A stretch of 64,000 nt of DNA, taken from contig OZ245046.1 in NCBI GenBank assembly GCA_965224245.1, positions 3,744,001 to 3,808,000 on the forward strand, read 5' to 3'. Below, one piece after another: positions 37,767-46,850 of this stretch. Within the stretch, counting starts at the first letter, position 1. Every line of letters begins with the position of its first letter. The notes under the pieces were generated by a model. The model saw only the letters and a list, made by a program, of their open reading frames with translations, was not told the DNA's origin and made no database searches. Made by a program: the position numbers and the translations under genes. The stretch comes from Candidatus Eiseniibacteriota bacterium. GTDB taxonomy: Bacteria; Eisenbacteria; RBG-16-71-46; CAZAMP01.

Positions 37767-37878
37767 ACCGCCTGAACGGGGACCTGGGCCACGCCAAGGC
37801 CGTGTCGCGACGGCGGATGGGTCGGGCTGCACCGTGGGAGACCGTTCGGCTCGAACCGGCCGGCGGCCGACCGGGATC

Positions 37879-37902
37879 GTGTAGGAACTCCAGAGCGTGT
37901 GA
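37879..37902. promoter_or_regulatory. Putative sigma54 enhancer (UAS), copy 2
   Basis: GTGTAG-gaactc-CAG-agcg-TGTGA between two divergent sigma54 sites. Confidence 0.5.
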
Positions 37903-37976
37903 GGATTTCACGGATGAACCGAGACGTTCTCGGGGCCTGGATCCGCCATCCGGGCGATACGAGTCGCCGTCGAGCC

Positions 37977-37992
37977 TGGCATGCATCTCGCA
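37977..37992 (+). promoter_or_regulatory. sigma54 -24/-12 promoter for the OmpA-family gene
   Basis: TGGCATGCATCTCGCA (GG-N10-GC). Confidence 0.6.
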
Positions 37993-38062
37993 TGAACCTC
38001 GGGGTGTCGAAGTCGCTCATGCGTGACCCGCGCACACCGCGACACAACCGAGGAGTATTCCG

Positions 38063-38692
38063 ATGCGCAACAAAGACATGCGGTCAATCCTGCTCGTGGC
38101 CCCCCTCGTGCTCCTGGGCTGCGCGACCAAGGGCTACGTGCGTGAGCAGGTGGCCGCGATGGAGCACGACATGAATCGGGTCGAGCAGAGCCTGTCCCAG
38201 CAGGTCCAGGACGCGAACGGTCGGGTCGCGGGGCTCGAGGCCTCCACGGGTCGGATGAACGCCAGCATCGACGAGGCCCGCCGCCTCGCGCTGGGGGATG
38301 TCGACCTGACCGAGGTCGATCGGTGCCGGGTCTACTTCGCGTTCGACAGCGACCAGATCCGGGCCGACCAGAAGGCGGCGCTGGACCGGGTCGCCACGTC
38401 GCTCGAGGCGAATCCGCGACTCGTCGTGAACGTGTTCGGATTCACCGATCCGACCGGCTCGGCCGCGTACAACGCGGAGCTGGGACGTCGGCGCGCCGAA
38501 GCCGTGATGCGCTACCTCGTGGACCACACGGGTGACGCACTCCGCCGGTACCAGATGCTGAGCTTCGGCGAGGATGCCCCGGCGCGCGAGCGCGAGTCGC
38601 TCGGCACCGAGAACGAACGACGGCGGCAGGCGCTCGTCGTGCTGCTGGAGGCCGAGCTGGCCGGGGAGCGCTCGGATCTGACGCAGCAGTAG
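38063..38692 (+). CDS. OmpA-family peptidoglycan-binding lipoprotein
   Basis: Lipobox 'LLGC', 'ATKGYV', 'VYFAFDS', 'GFTDPTGSAAYNAELGRRRAEAV', 'SFGE'. Confidence 0.9.
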   Translation: MRNKDMRSILLVAPLVLLGCATKGYVREQVAAMEHDMNRVEQSLSQQVQDANGRVAGLEASTGRMNASIDEARRLALGDVDLTEVDRCRVYFAFDSDQIRADQKAALDRVATSLEANPRLVVNVFGFTDPTGSAAYNAELGRRRAEAVMRYLVDHTGDALRRYQMLSFGEDAPARERESLGTENERRRQALVVLLEAELAGERSDLTQQ

Positions 38693-38731
38693 GACGGGGT
38701 GGCGGTGGCGCGCCGGGGGCGCCACCGCACG

Positions 38732-39181
38732 CTACTCGTCGATCAGCTCCTCGGCGAGCAAGCGCGCCTTGCGGGACAGGCTCGCGGCGGCCGCCGGATC
38801 GTCGTCCGCGAGCGCATCACGGGCCGACGCCACCAAACGCTCCAGCACCTGGCGCCTGTCGGCCTTCTCCTCGGGGAGCGTCATGCCGGCCAGCGCACGC
38901 GTCACCTCGGCCACGCGCGCGAGGTCGTTTCGCGCCTGCTCGAAGAGGCGGACCTGCTCGTCGTCGGACAGCGCCACCGATACCGACTCCAGTGACTCCC
39001 GGACCTCCGCCGGCGCGGCCTCACTCGTCGCCGCGGTGGAGTCGGGCGCGGCCACCGGCCGGGAGGCGTCCGTGGCCGGCGTTCCGGAGCCCGGCGCCGT
39101 CTGCCGTCGAACGGCCGAGCACGCCGTTCCCATCGCCAGAACGGCCACCAGTCCGGTCAGCATCACGCGTCGTGCGCGCAT
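38732..39181 (-). CDS. Small helical lipoprotein co-transcribed with the two-component pair
   Basis: Lipobox 'GTAC'; C-terminal 'ASLSRKARLLAEEL'; overlaps the end of the kinase gene. Confidence 0.65.
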   Translation of the reverse strand: MRARRVMLTGLVAVLAMGTACSAVRRQTAPGSGTPATDASRPVAAPDSTAATSEAAPAEVRESLESVSVALSDDEQVRLFEQARNDLARVAEVTRALAGMTLPEEKADRRQVLERLVASARDALADDDPAAAASLSRKARLLAEELIDE

Positions 39182-40617
39182 GGAAGCTCCATGATGAGCG
39201 TCGTCCCGGTCGGGCCCGTTTCCAGCCGGACCTGGCCGCGGTGCAGCTCGGCCGTCTGGGCGATCAGCGCGAGCCCGATGCCGCTGCCCTTCGGTCGCGT
39301 GGTGAAGTACGGATCGAACGCCTGTCGACGGGTCTCGGCCGTCATCCCCGGACCATTGTCCGACACCCACATCCGAACCGACGTCGCGTCCCGCGCCGCC
39401 GCCAGCACGATGCGGCCGTCCGTGCGTCCCTCGAGCGCCTCCAGGGCATTCTGGATCGCATTGCCGAGTGCCTGTTTCACGACCAGCGCGTCCATCTCCA
39501 CCACACCCGGGGCGTCGGCTTCCACGACCAGCTCGACGGATTGCAGATGCGCCCGAGCCTCGACGTCGTGGCCGACGTCACGCAGCAGCGCGTGAACGTT
39601 CGTCGTCTCGACGTTCAGCGCGCCGACCGACGCCATGCGCAGAAAGCCCGTGACGGACCCCTCGACGCTCTGGATGGCCCGTCGCGCCCGGTCGAGCGTA
39701 GCATCCCGCTCTTCCCCTGTCTGTGACGCCGCGACCGCGAGCTCGAGGCTGGCGCGCTGCAGGTGGTTCCGGAGCTCGTGGGCGACACCGGACGCCATTC
39801 GACCCAGGCGATCCAGCACGGTGGACACCTGCGGCGACCCCGGTACGGCCCCGCGCTCGGCATCCGCGGACTCCCGGAACCGGTCTCCGAGGACGTTGAG
39901 GGCCTGGGCCAGGCGAGTGAACTCGTCGTGGCCGCGCTCGGAGAGGCGAACGTCGAGCTGTCCCTCGGTGAGGGCCCGGACGCCGGCCTCGAGCTCCCGC
40001 ACGCGACCGGTCAGGACGCGCGACACCAGAATGCCCGACACCAGCGCGAGCACGACCGCGGTCACCGCCGTGACCAGCCCTCGGGACATCGCATCCTCCA
40101 CCGACGTCCACAGGAATGTGCCCGACATCACGACCTGGACCGTCGCGAACGGCTGGCCGTCGTGGAGCAGGCTCGTCTCGCGCTGGTAGTCGGGCGCGCG
40201 GCGATGGAGCTCCCACAGCGTGGCCACCGCCGCGCGCATGCTGCGAACGTCGGGAAGGGGCGCATGCGCCTCCGAGCGGGTGCCGATGCTCGCGGAGTCG
40301 GTGTGCGCCACGTACCACCCGTTGGGATCGGTCACCGCGACGCTGATGATCGACGGCGCGAGGACGATGGCATCGTCGAAGGTCGCGGCGAGACCGGCGG
40401 AGCGCCGGGCGCCGCTCAGATCGGTGCCCGACGCCGCGGACGTGAGTCGAGCGAGCTCACGCCGGACGGCGCCGGTGACGAGATCGGCCTCCGTCGACGC
40501 CTGCCGGGCACCGAGCTGCACCGCGCTCGTCAGACCCAGAAACCCCGTGACCGCGATCAGCACCGCCGCGAGCAGGACAAACGCGGTGAGCTGCCGCGCC
40601 CGCCAGCCGAGCGTCAT
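39163..40617 (-). CDS. Membrane HAMP sensor histidine kinase
   Basis: Two TM segments, HAMP 'DEFTRLAQALN', H-box 'AHELRNHL', 'NALEA', 'DNGPGM', 'FTTRPKGSGIGL'. Confidence 0.92.
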   Translation of the reverse strand: MTLGWRARQLTAFVLLAAVLIAVTGFLGLTSAVQLGARQASTEADLVTGAVRRELARLTSAASGTDLSGARRSAGLAATFDDAIVLAPSIISVAVTDPNGWYVAHTDSASIGTRSEAHAPLPDVRSMRAAVATLWELHRRAPDYQRETSLLHDGQPFATVQVVMSGTFLWTSVEDAMSRGLVTAVTAVVLALVSGILVSRVLTGRVRELEAGVRALTEGQLDVRLSERGHDEFTRLAQALNVLGDRFRESADAERGAVPGSPQVSTVLDRLGRMASGVAHELRNHLQRASLELAVAASQTGEERDATLDRARRAIQSVEGSVTGFLRMASVGALNVETTNVHALLRDVGHDVEARAHLQSVELVVEADAPGVVEMDALVVKQALGNAIQNALEALEGRTDGRIVLAAARDATSVRMWVSDNGPGMTAETRRQAFDPYFTTRPKGSGIGLALIAQTAELHRGQVRLETGPTGTTLIMELPCAHDA

Positions 40618-42050
40618 CGCGCCCCGTCCTCGTCCGGTGCGCCCGAGGTCCCACCGCGGGCCGCCCCTCGCCGCTCGAGCACACCGTAGTCGTGGAGACG
40701 CGTGTAGAGGGTCTTCACGCTGATCCCCACGACCTCCGCGGTCCGCGTCTTGTTGCCGTCGTTGGCCTCCAGCGTGGCGAGGATGATCGCCCGCTCGGCG
40801 TCGGCGAGCGTCGTCCCCACCGGGACCACGACCTCGTGCACGCTCCCGTCATCCCGAGAGGGCTCCGGACGGTGCACGGATCGATGGGACGGCAAGTGCT
40901 CGGGCAGGATCTCGCCGACACCGCACAGGATGACGGCGTGCTGGACGGCGTTGCGAAGCTCGCGGGCATTCCCGGGCCAGTCCTCCGCCTTCAGGTGCTC
41001 GAGCGCCTGCGGAGAGATTCCCGTGACCCGCGCGCCGTCCGACTCGCGGAACAGCTCCAGGAAGTGCATGGCCAGGAGCGCGATGTCGTCCCTTCTCTCT
41101 CTGAGCGGCGGCACCCGGAGCGTGAACACGTTCAGCCGGAACAGGAGATCCTCGCGGAAGGCGCCGTCGCGAATGCGGGCCGCGATGTCGGCGTTGGTGG
41201 CGGCGATGACGCGCACGTCGACCTCGATCTCTCCCGAGCCCCCCACGCGCCGCACCTTGCCGTCCTCGAGCACGCGAAGGAGCTTGGTCTGGAGGTCCGC
41301 GGGCATCTCCCCGATCTCGTCCAGGAACAGCGTGCCTCCGTCGGCCTGCTCGAAGCATCCCGCGCGGGCGGCGGTCGCGCCGGTGAACGCGCCCCGCTCA
41401 TGGCCGAAGAGCTCGCTCTCCAGGAGCGTCTCGGGAATGGCACCGCAGTTGATCGGGACGAAGGGCTTCTGCGCGCGGGGGCTCTCCCGGTGGAGCGCGC
41501 GGGCCACGAGCTCCTTCCCGGTTCCGCTCTCGCCCTGGATCAACACCGATGCACGGGTGGGAGCGACCTGCTCGACCAGTCGGAACAGCTCGAGCATCGC
41601 CGGCGACTGGCCGACCATCGCGTCCAGCCGTCCCTCGCGGCTCATCAGTCGCCTGAGCTCGCGCACCTCGCGCCGCAGCTGGGCGCGCTCCAGACCGCGC
41701 TCGATGACCACGAACAGACGTTGAGGCTCGATCGGCTTCACGAGGTAGTCGAACGCACCGCGTCGGGTCGCCTCCACGGCGCTCGTGATCGACCCGTGGC
41801 CGGTCAGGACGAGCGTCGTGGCGTCCACGCCTCGACTGTCGAAGTCACCCAGAAGCTCGAGACCCGACCGATCGGGGAGATCCAGATCGACGACGACGAG
41901 ATCGGGCGGCGTGGCCAGAGCCCGCTCGATCGCGCGGGCCGCGTCGGGTGCCTGGTCGACCGCGTAGCCGTGACCGGACAGGAGGCCGGCCAGGCCCCGC
42001 CGGAGACCGTCGTCGTCGTCGACGAGGAGGATGCGTGGATGGTCGCTCAC
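40614..42050 (-). CDS. sigma54-dependent NtrC-family response regulator
   Basis: Receiver 'ILLVDDD', 'GESGTGKE', 'ESELFGHERGAFTGA', 'LFLDEIGE', 'WPGNAREL', Fis HTH 'GNKTRTAEVVGIS'. Confidence 0.96.
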   Translation of the reverse strand: MSDHPRILLVDDDDGLRRGLAGLLSGHGYAVDQAPDAARAIERALATPPDLVVVDLDLPDRSGLELLGDFDSRGVDATTLVLTGHGSITSAVEATRRGAFDYLVKPIEPQRLFVVIERGLERAQLRREVRELRRLMSREGRLDAMVGQSPAMLELFRLVEQVAPTRASVLIQGESGTGKELVARALHRESPRAQKPFVPINCGAIPETLLESELFGHERGAFTGATAARAGCFEQADGGTLFLDEIGEMPADLQTKLLRVLEDGKVRRVGGSGEIEVDVRVIAATNADIAARIRDGAFREDLLFRLNVFTLRVPPLRERRDDIALLAMHFLELFRESDGARVTGISPQALEHLKAEDWPGNARELRNAVQHAVILCGVGEILPEHLPSHRSVHRPEPSRDDGSVHEVVVPVGTTLADAERAIILATLEANDGNKTRTAEVVGISVKTLYTRLHDYGVLERRGAARGGTSGAPDEDGAR

Positions 42051-42200
42051 CGGGCTGATCGCCTCTCGTGCGCGGGCGGCGTGGCGTGGCAGGACGACGT
42101 CCGGAAGACAGTAGCACGCTGACCGGACGGCGCGAACTGTTCGGATTCGGCGAGCGCGGCGAAGGGGGGTGGCGGGCGCCTCGGACGCCCGCCGCACCCG

Positions 42201-45146
42201 TCAGCGAAGAAGCACCACCCGGCGGGACTGCGATACCCCGCCGGCATCCAGCCGGTAGAAGTACGTACCCGGCGCAACCGGTCGGGCGAGGTCGTCGTTT
42301 CCGTCCCAGCGCACCGTGTAACGCCCGGCGTCCCGCACGGCATCGTCCAGCGACCGCACCCGGCGGCCGCCGGTGTCGTAGATCGTCACGCGAACGCGCG
42401 CGCGGTGCGCGATCGCGTACGAGATGAACGTGCCGCTCGTCGCGGGGTTCGGGGTACTCGGGTAGAGCGCGTGTGCGAGGGGAACGGACGTGGCGGGAGG
42501 CGTCTCGGGCTCGGTGGGCGTGCCGTCGAATCGGGTCACGTTCAGGACCTGATCGGACGCGACGTCCGTGAGATCGGTGCCGGTGCCGTCGGGCCAGCGC
42601 ACCGAGACCCGATCGACGAGTGACGCCTGATCCAGCCCGAAGCGAACCGCGGACGGGTCGTGCCCTCCCAGCCCCGAGCCGGACCCGACGACGCGCGACT
42701 GTACCGAGCCCTCCACCTGGACCTCGACGCGGGCGCCCACGCCACCGCTCGGATCGTCAGGGGCGATCAGCGTGACGCCCAGCCACCGGCGGAGCGGCGC
42801 CTGGCTCTTGAACAGACGGTTGGACCCGCCGTCGTCCGCGACGAACACGTCCGGGCGACCGTCGGCGTCGACGTCGGCCACGGCCAGGCTCAGGGCCGTG
42901 GTCATGCCCTCGAAGTTGAGTCCGGTGACGTCGATGAAGCCGTCGAGCGCGTCGTTGCGGATCAGCCGCACGCCGGTCACGTCGTCGGTCAGGACGAGAT
43001 CGAGCCGCCCGTCGGAGTCGTAGTCGAGCCATGCGGCATCGAGCGAGCCACGTGGCTCGCCGAGGGGGCTGTCGGGTGCGACGTCGATGAGCTCTCCGTC
43101 GTCGTTTCGGTACAGCGCGTCGGCCACGTCGAGACGCGTCACGAACAGGTCGGGATCCCCGTCCCCGTCGTAGTCTCCGAACGTGGCTCCGATCGACCGG
43201 CCGTTGCCGGTCTCGGGCGTGAGCTGGACCGCGGTGAACACGCCGCCCTCGTTGACGAAGAGCCGCTCGCCGTCGTCGAAGTTGGCCACCGCCAGATCCA
43301 GATCGCCGTCCAGATCGACGTCGGCGAACGCGGCGCCCGAGGACCGCCCGTCGTCGTCGAGGCCCAGCTCGGCCGAGATCTCGACCCAGACGCCACCACC
43401 GTCGTTCCGGTACAGCCGGTTCGCCTGACCGAAGTTCGTCAGGTAGATGTCGACGTCGCGATCGGCGTCGATGTCCACCGCGTACGCGGCGCGACCGGCT
43501 CCGCTGTGATCCAGAGGCGCGACGGTCGCGTCGGTGAACGCACCGGTTCCGTCGTTGATGAACAGACGGTTGGCGCTCCCGCTCTCGACCACGTACAGGT
43601 CGAGATGCTCGTCGCCGTCCACGTCGGCGAACAGCGCCGATCGCGATGGCCCCTCGTCCGCCACCGGGGTCTCGGCCCCGATCTCCACGAACGTGGCGTC
43701 GTCGTTCCGATACAGGAGGTTGGCCGCCCCCTCTCTGGGCACGTACAGATCGGGGTCGCCGTCACCGTCGATGTCGCCCCAGGACGGCACGCGCGAGGGC
43801 CCGTCGGCTTCCAGCGCGACCTGCTCGTCACGGGCGAAGAACGGGACCTGGGCCACCAGCGGGTCGAGGACGAACAGTCCTTCGTTCATGTCCGACACCA
43901 CGACGACGCCGCTCGGGTAGTCGGTGAAGACGCCCCAGGCGCCGGCGAACGAGTAGCCCTGCCCGACGGGATGCGTGTCGAAGAAGCCGACCTCGGCCAT
44001 GCGATCGACGTCCGAGACGTCGATGACCCGGAGCCCACTCTGGTAGTTCGCCTCGAACAGGAAGTCACCCCGGACCATGCAGTTGTGATCGCGTGCGGTG
44101 ACGTCGTTGGTCCAGTAGCGAACGTAGACCGGGTTCTCGAGGTCCTCGACGTTGAACACGAACGTGCGCGCGCCCGGCATGCCGGCGTACGGCTCGTCGA
44201 GCTCGTCGTTCACGAACACGTGGCGGCGATCCTCGCTGAGCCAGGTCTGATGGCAGTACGTGAGTCCCGGGTAGGTCGCGCCCAGCGTCAGGATCTCGAT
44301 CGCGGCCTTGTCGGTGACGTCGAGGATCCAGAGGCCTCCCTCCTCCCCGGCCAGGAACGCGATCTCGCGTCCGTCGTACTCGCCGCCGTGGTACGTCACG
44401 ACCTGACAGTCGTGGATGGCGCGGCCGACCCAGTTGCCGGCGTAGACGGGGACCTCGGGATCGGATAGATCCAGGATCCCGAGGTCGCGATACCCGTTGT
44501 CCTGGGCGCCCGATATGTAGAGAAACCCACTCTCCTCGTTGACCGCGATGTTGTGTGCGGTCGTGAACCGGAGCCCGCTGTCGCCGGTGTACGTATCCAC
44601 GTAGCGCACGATGCCGTCGTCGATCTCGGCCAGGTCGACGATCTGGAGGCCCCACGCGGTCTGGTCGGTGACGACGTACGCGTAGTGCTGGTACGTCCGG
44701 ATGTCGCTCCAGGCGGTGTTCGGATGCTCCAGCACGTCCACCACGACCGGATTGCGCGGATCGGTGATGTCGACGAACGCCGTCCGGTTGTTGAGCCCCA
44801 TCAGCGCGTACTCGCGTCCCGAGGGCGACGTGTATCCCCAGACGTCGTTTCCAGCGGAAGCAGGGAGCTCTCCGAACGAGCCCAGGTCCACGTTGGAGAG
44901 GAGCGCGACGCCGCTGGCCGGGTAGCCCCGAGCGATGCGATCGCCCACGCCGGTGACGCCCGGGACGCTCCCGGCGGTGGCCGGGGCGCCGACACCGCAA
45001 GGCGGGCGGCCGAGCGCGTCCGCCGATGCGTCGTCGAGCGCCTCGAGGGGCAAGAGCGCCCCCGCCGTCGTGGTCGTGAGCGCCAGTAGCATCATCACCG
45101 TACCGATCCGGAACTCGAGATCCGGGGAGTCACATCTCACCGTCAT
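42201..45146 (-). CDS. Secreted choice-of-anchor B protein fused to FG-GAP/ASPIC-UnbV and FlgD-Ig domains
   Basis: 'GNDVWGYTSPSGREYA', 'HNIAVNE', 'YCHQTWL...DELDE', 'GAWGV'; repeated 'DxDGDxDLYV'; 'RFGL...VRWPDG'; FlgD C-terminus; GAGGAG RBS. Confidence 0.85.
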   Translation of the reverse strand: MTVRCDSPDLEFRIGTVMMLLALTTTTAGALLPLEALDDASADALGRPPCGVGAPATAGSVPGVTGVGDRIARGYPASGVALLSNVDLGSFGELPASAGNDVWGYTSPSGREYALMGLNNRTAFVDITDPRNPVVVDVLEHPNTAWSDIRTYQHYAYVVTDQTAWGLQIVDLAEIDDGIVRYVDTYTGDSGLRFTTAHNIAVNEESGFLYISGAQDNGYRDLGILDLSDPEVPVYAGNWVGRAIHDCQVVTYHGGEYDGREIAFLAGEEGGLWILDVTDKAAIEILTLGATYPGLTYCHQTWLSEDRRHVFVNDELDEPYAGMPGARTFVFNVEDLENPVYVRYWTNDVTARDHNCMVRGDFLFEANYQSGLRVIDVSDVDRMAEVGFFDTHPVGQGYSFAGAWGVFTDYPSGVVVVSDMNEGLFVLDPLVAQVPFFARDEQVALEADGPSRVPSWGDIDGDGDPDLYVPREGAANLLYRNDDATFVEIGAETPVADEGPSRSALFADVDGDEHLDLYVVESGSANRLFINDGTGAFTDATVAPLDHSGAGRAAYAVDIDADRDVDIYLTNFGQANRLYRNDGGGVWVEISAELGLDDDGRSSGAAFADVDLDGDLDLAVANFDDGERLFVNEGGVFTAVQLTPETGNGRSIGATFGDYDGDGDPDLFVTRLDVADALYRNDDGELIDVAPDSPLGEPRGSLDAAWLDYDSDGRLDLVLTDDVTGVRLIRNDALDGFIDVTGLNFEGMTTALSLAVADVDADGRPDVFVADDGGSNRLFKSQAPLRRWLGVTLIAPDDPSGGVGARVEVQVEGSVQSRVVGSGSGLGGHDPSAVRFGLDQASLVDRVSVRWPDGTGTDLTDVASDQVLNVTRFDGTPTEPETPPATSVPLAHALYPSTPNPATSGTFISYAIAHRARVRVTIYDTGGRRVRSLDDAVRDAGRYTVRWDGNDDLARPVAPGTYFYRLDAGGVSQSRRVVLLR

Positions 45147-45335
45147 TCGTTCGCTCCTCACCGACCGCACCGGGAGTGTCTCTCGCCGCGTGCGGTCACA
45201 CACCCCACCTCATCCCCCGAGCCCGGGATCGCCGGGCTCGATCGTCTTCCGCCAGTCGCCGCATTCTAGCGTATCGCGAGACCGGCCGGCGATTCGCCGA
45301 ACGGATACAGGATTCAGCGATGCTGGCGGTCGACG

Positions 45336-46850
45336 TCAGTCGCGGAGCAGACGGTCGACCGGCGCGAAGTCGTCGGTCAGGGTGATCGCGTGGGGCCACG
45401 GCACCTCGCCGTCGTACACGCGGGCGGCCTCGTCGACGTACTGTGGTCTCGGGACGCGTCCAGCGTCGACGAGCGCCTGCGCGCGCGCGGTGAGCGCGTC
45501 GCGGTCCAGGTGGCGGGGCTCGGTGAGCCCGACCACGACCGTATTGCCCGACCAGTCACACAGGAAGAACGTGAACTCCCGGAATCCGGCCGCCGACATC
45601 GTCTTGACCAGCGCGAAGAGGAAGGCGCTGTCCGGCTCGTCGGCGGGCTCGATGACGTTGTACATCAGGACACCGCCGGGCGAGAGCCGCTCGCGCGCGA
45701 TCTCGAAGAACTCGCGCGTCGTCAGCTGAAACGGAATCGTGTTGCCGTAGCGGCCCGAGTTGTACGCATCGACCACGATGACGTCGAACGTGGACTCGGT
45801 GCTCCGGAGGTACGTACGTCCGTCCGCCACTTCCACGTCCAGCCGCGGCGAGACCGGAAGTCCGAAGAACCGCTCGGCCACGTCCACGACTGCGGGATCC
45901 ACATCCACCGCGTGCACCGTCACGTGGGGGTAGTCGGCCAGGAACTGCTTGGGGCCGGTCGCACCGCCGAGCCCGATGAAGAGGACGTCGTCGATCTCGT
46001 CGCGAAAGAGCCACGCCGAATGGAAGTGCTCGGTGTACTCGTATCCCCCGCTGGCCGGGTTGTCGATCAGCATGCGACTCTGGCGAGTGTCGTCGAACAT
46101 CAGGTGGCGGTATCGTCCGCGATCCACGACGCGAATGTGGTGATAGGCGCTGTCGTGCTCGTACCGGACCTCGCCGAGCGCCGCCGCCGGCCCCACGAGC
46201 GCCGCCGTCGCGGCGACCCCGAACAGGGCCATGAGGGCGACGCCGCGCCTCCGGTGGACGATCGCGGTCACGAGCCCCAGCGCGACCAGCGCGATGGCGA
46301 TCCCCCGGAGCGTGGTGCTGATCGCGACGTGCCCCAGGAGGTAGAACCCGGTGGTCAGCGTCCCCGCGATGCTCCCGAGCGTGGACAGCGCGGACATCCC
46401 GCCGGCCACGTGCCCGGCGCGCGCGACGTCGTGCGTGGACAGGCGGATCGCGATCGGCGTGACCGCGGCCAGGAGCGCCACCGGAAGCGCGAACAGCGCG
46501 ATCGTGGCCACGATCGCGTGAGTGGAGAGCGGCAGCCTCGACGTCGCGACCGCCTCGCTGAGCCCGAGCGAGACCACGGGCACGACGGCGATCAGGAGAC
46601 CGGCCACCAGCGGCGGCCCGGCCAGACTGGAGAGCGCCGGACGTCGATCGCCGAGGCGTCCTCCCAGCGCGTACCCGACGCTCATCGCGCCCAGGAACAC
46701 GGCGATGACCGCCGACGTCTCGCGGAGCGCGGTGCCGAACGTCCGGCCGATGATCCGGAAGGCGAGGACCTCGGTCGACATCAACGTGGCGCCGGCGACG
46801 AACACGACCAGCATCACGAGCGCACGCTGGACCACCGCCGGCCCGCTCAC
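45336..46850 (-). CDS. Fused MFS-like/spermidine synthase protein
   Basis: TM N-terminal half 'GYALGGRLGDR'; 'SAYHHIRV', 'IGLGG', 'DVDPAVV', 'DGR', 'VVDAY', 'LTDDFAPV'. Confidence 0.88.
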   Translation of the reverse strand: MSGPAVVQRALVMLVVFVAGATLMSTEVLAFRIIGRTFGTALRETSAVIAVFLGAMSVGYALGGRLGDRRPALSSLAGPPLVAGLLIAVVPVVSLGLSEAVATSRLPLSTHAIVATIALFALPVALLAAVTPIAIRLSTHDVARAGHVAGGMSALSTLGSIAGTLTTGFYLLGHVAISTTLRGIAIALVALGLVTAIVHRRRGVALMALFGVAATAALVGPAAALGEVRYEHDSAYHHIRVVDRGRYRHLMFDDTRQSRMLIDNPASGGYEYTEHFHSAWLFRDEIDDVLFIGLGGATGPKQFLADYPHVTVHAVDVDPAVVDVAERFFGLPVSPRLDVEVADGRTYLRSTESTFDVIVVDAYNSGRYGNTIPFQLTTREFFEIARERLSPGGVLMYNVIEPADEPDSAFLFALVKTMSAAGFREFTFFLCDWSGNTVVVGLTEPRHLDRDALTARAQALVDAGRVPRPQYVDEAARVYDGEVPWPHAITLTDDFAPVDRLLRD

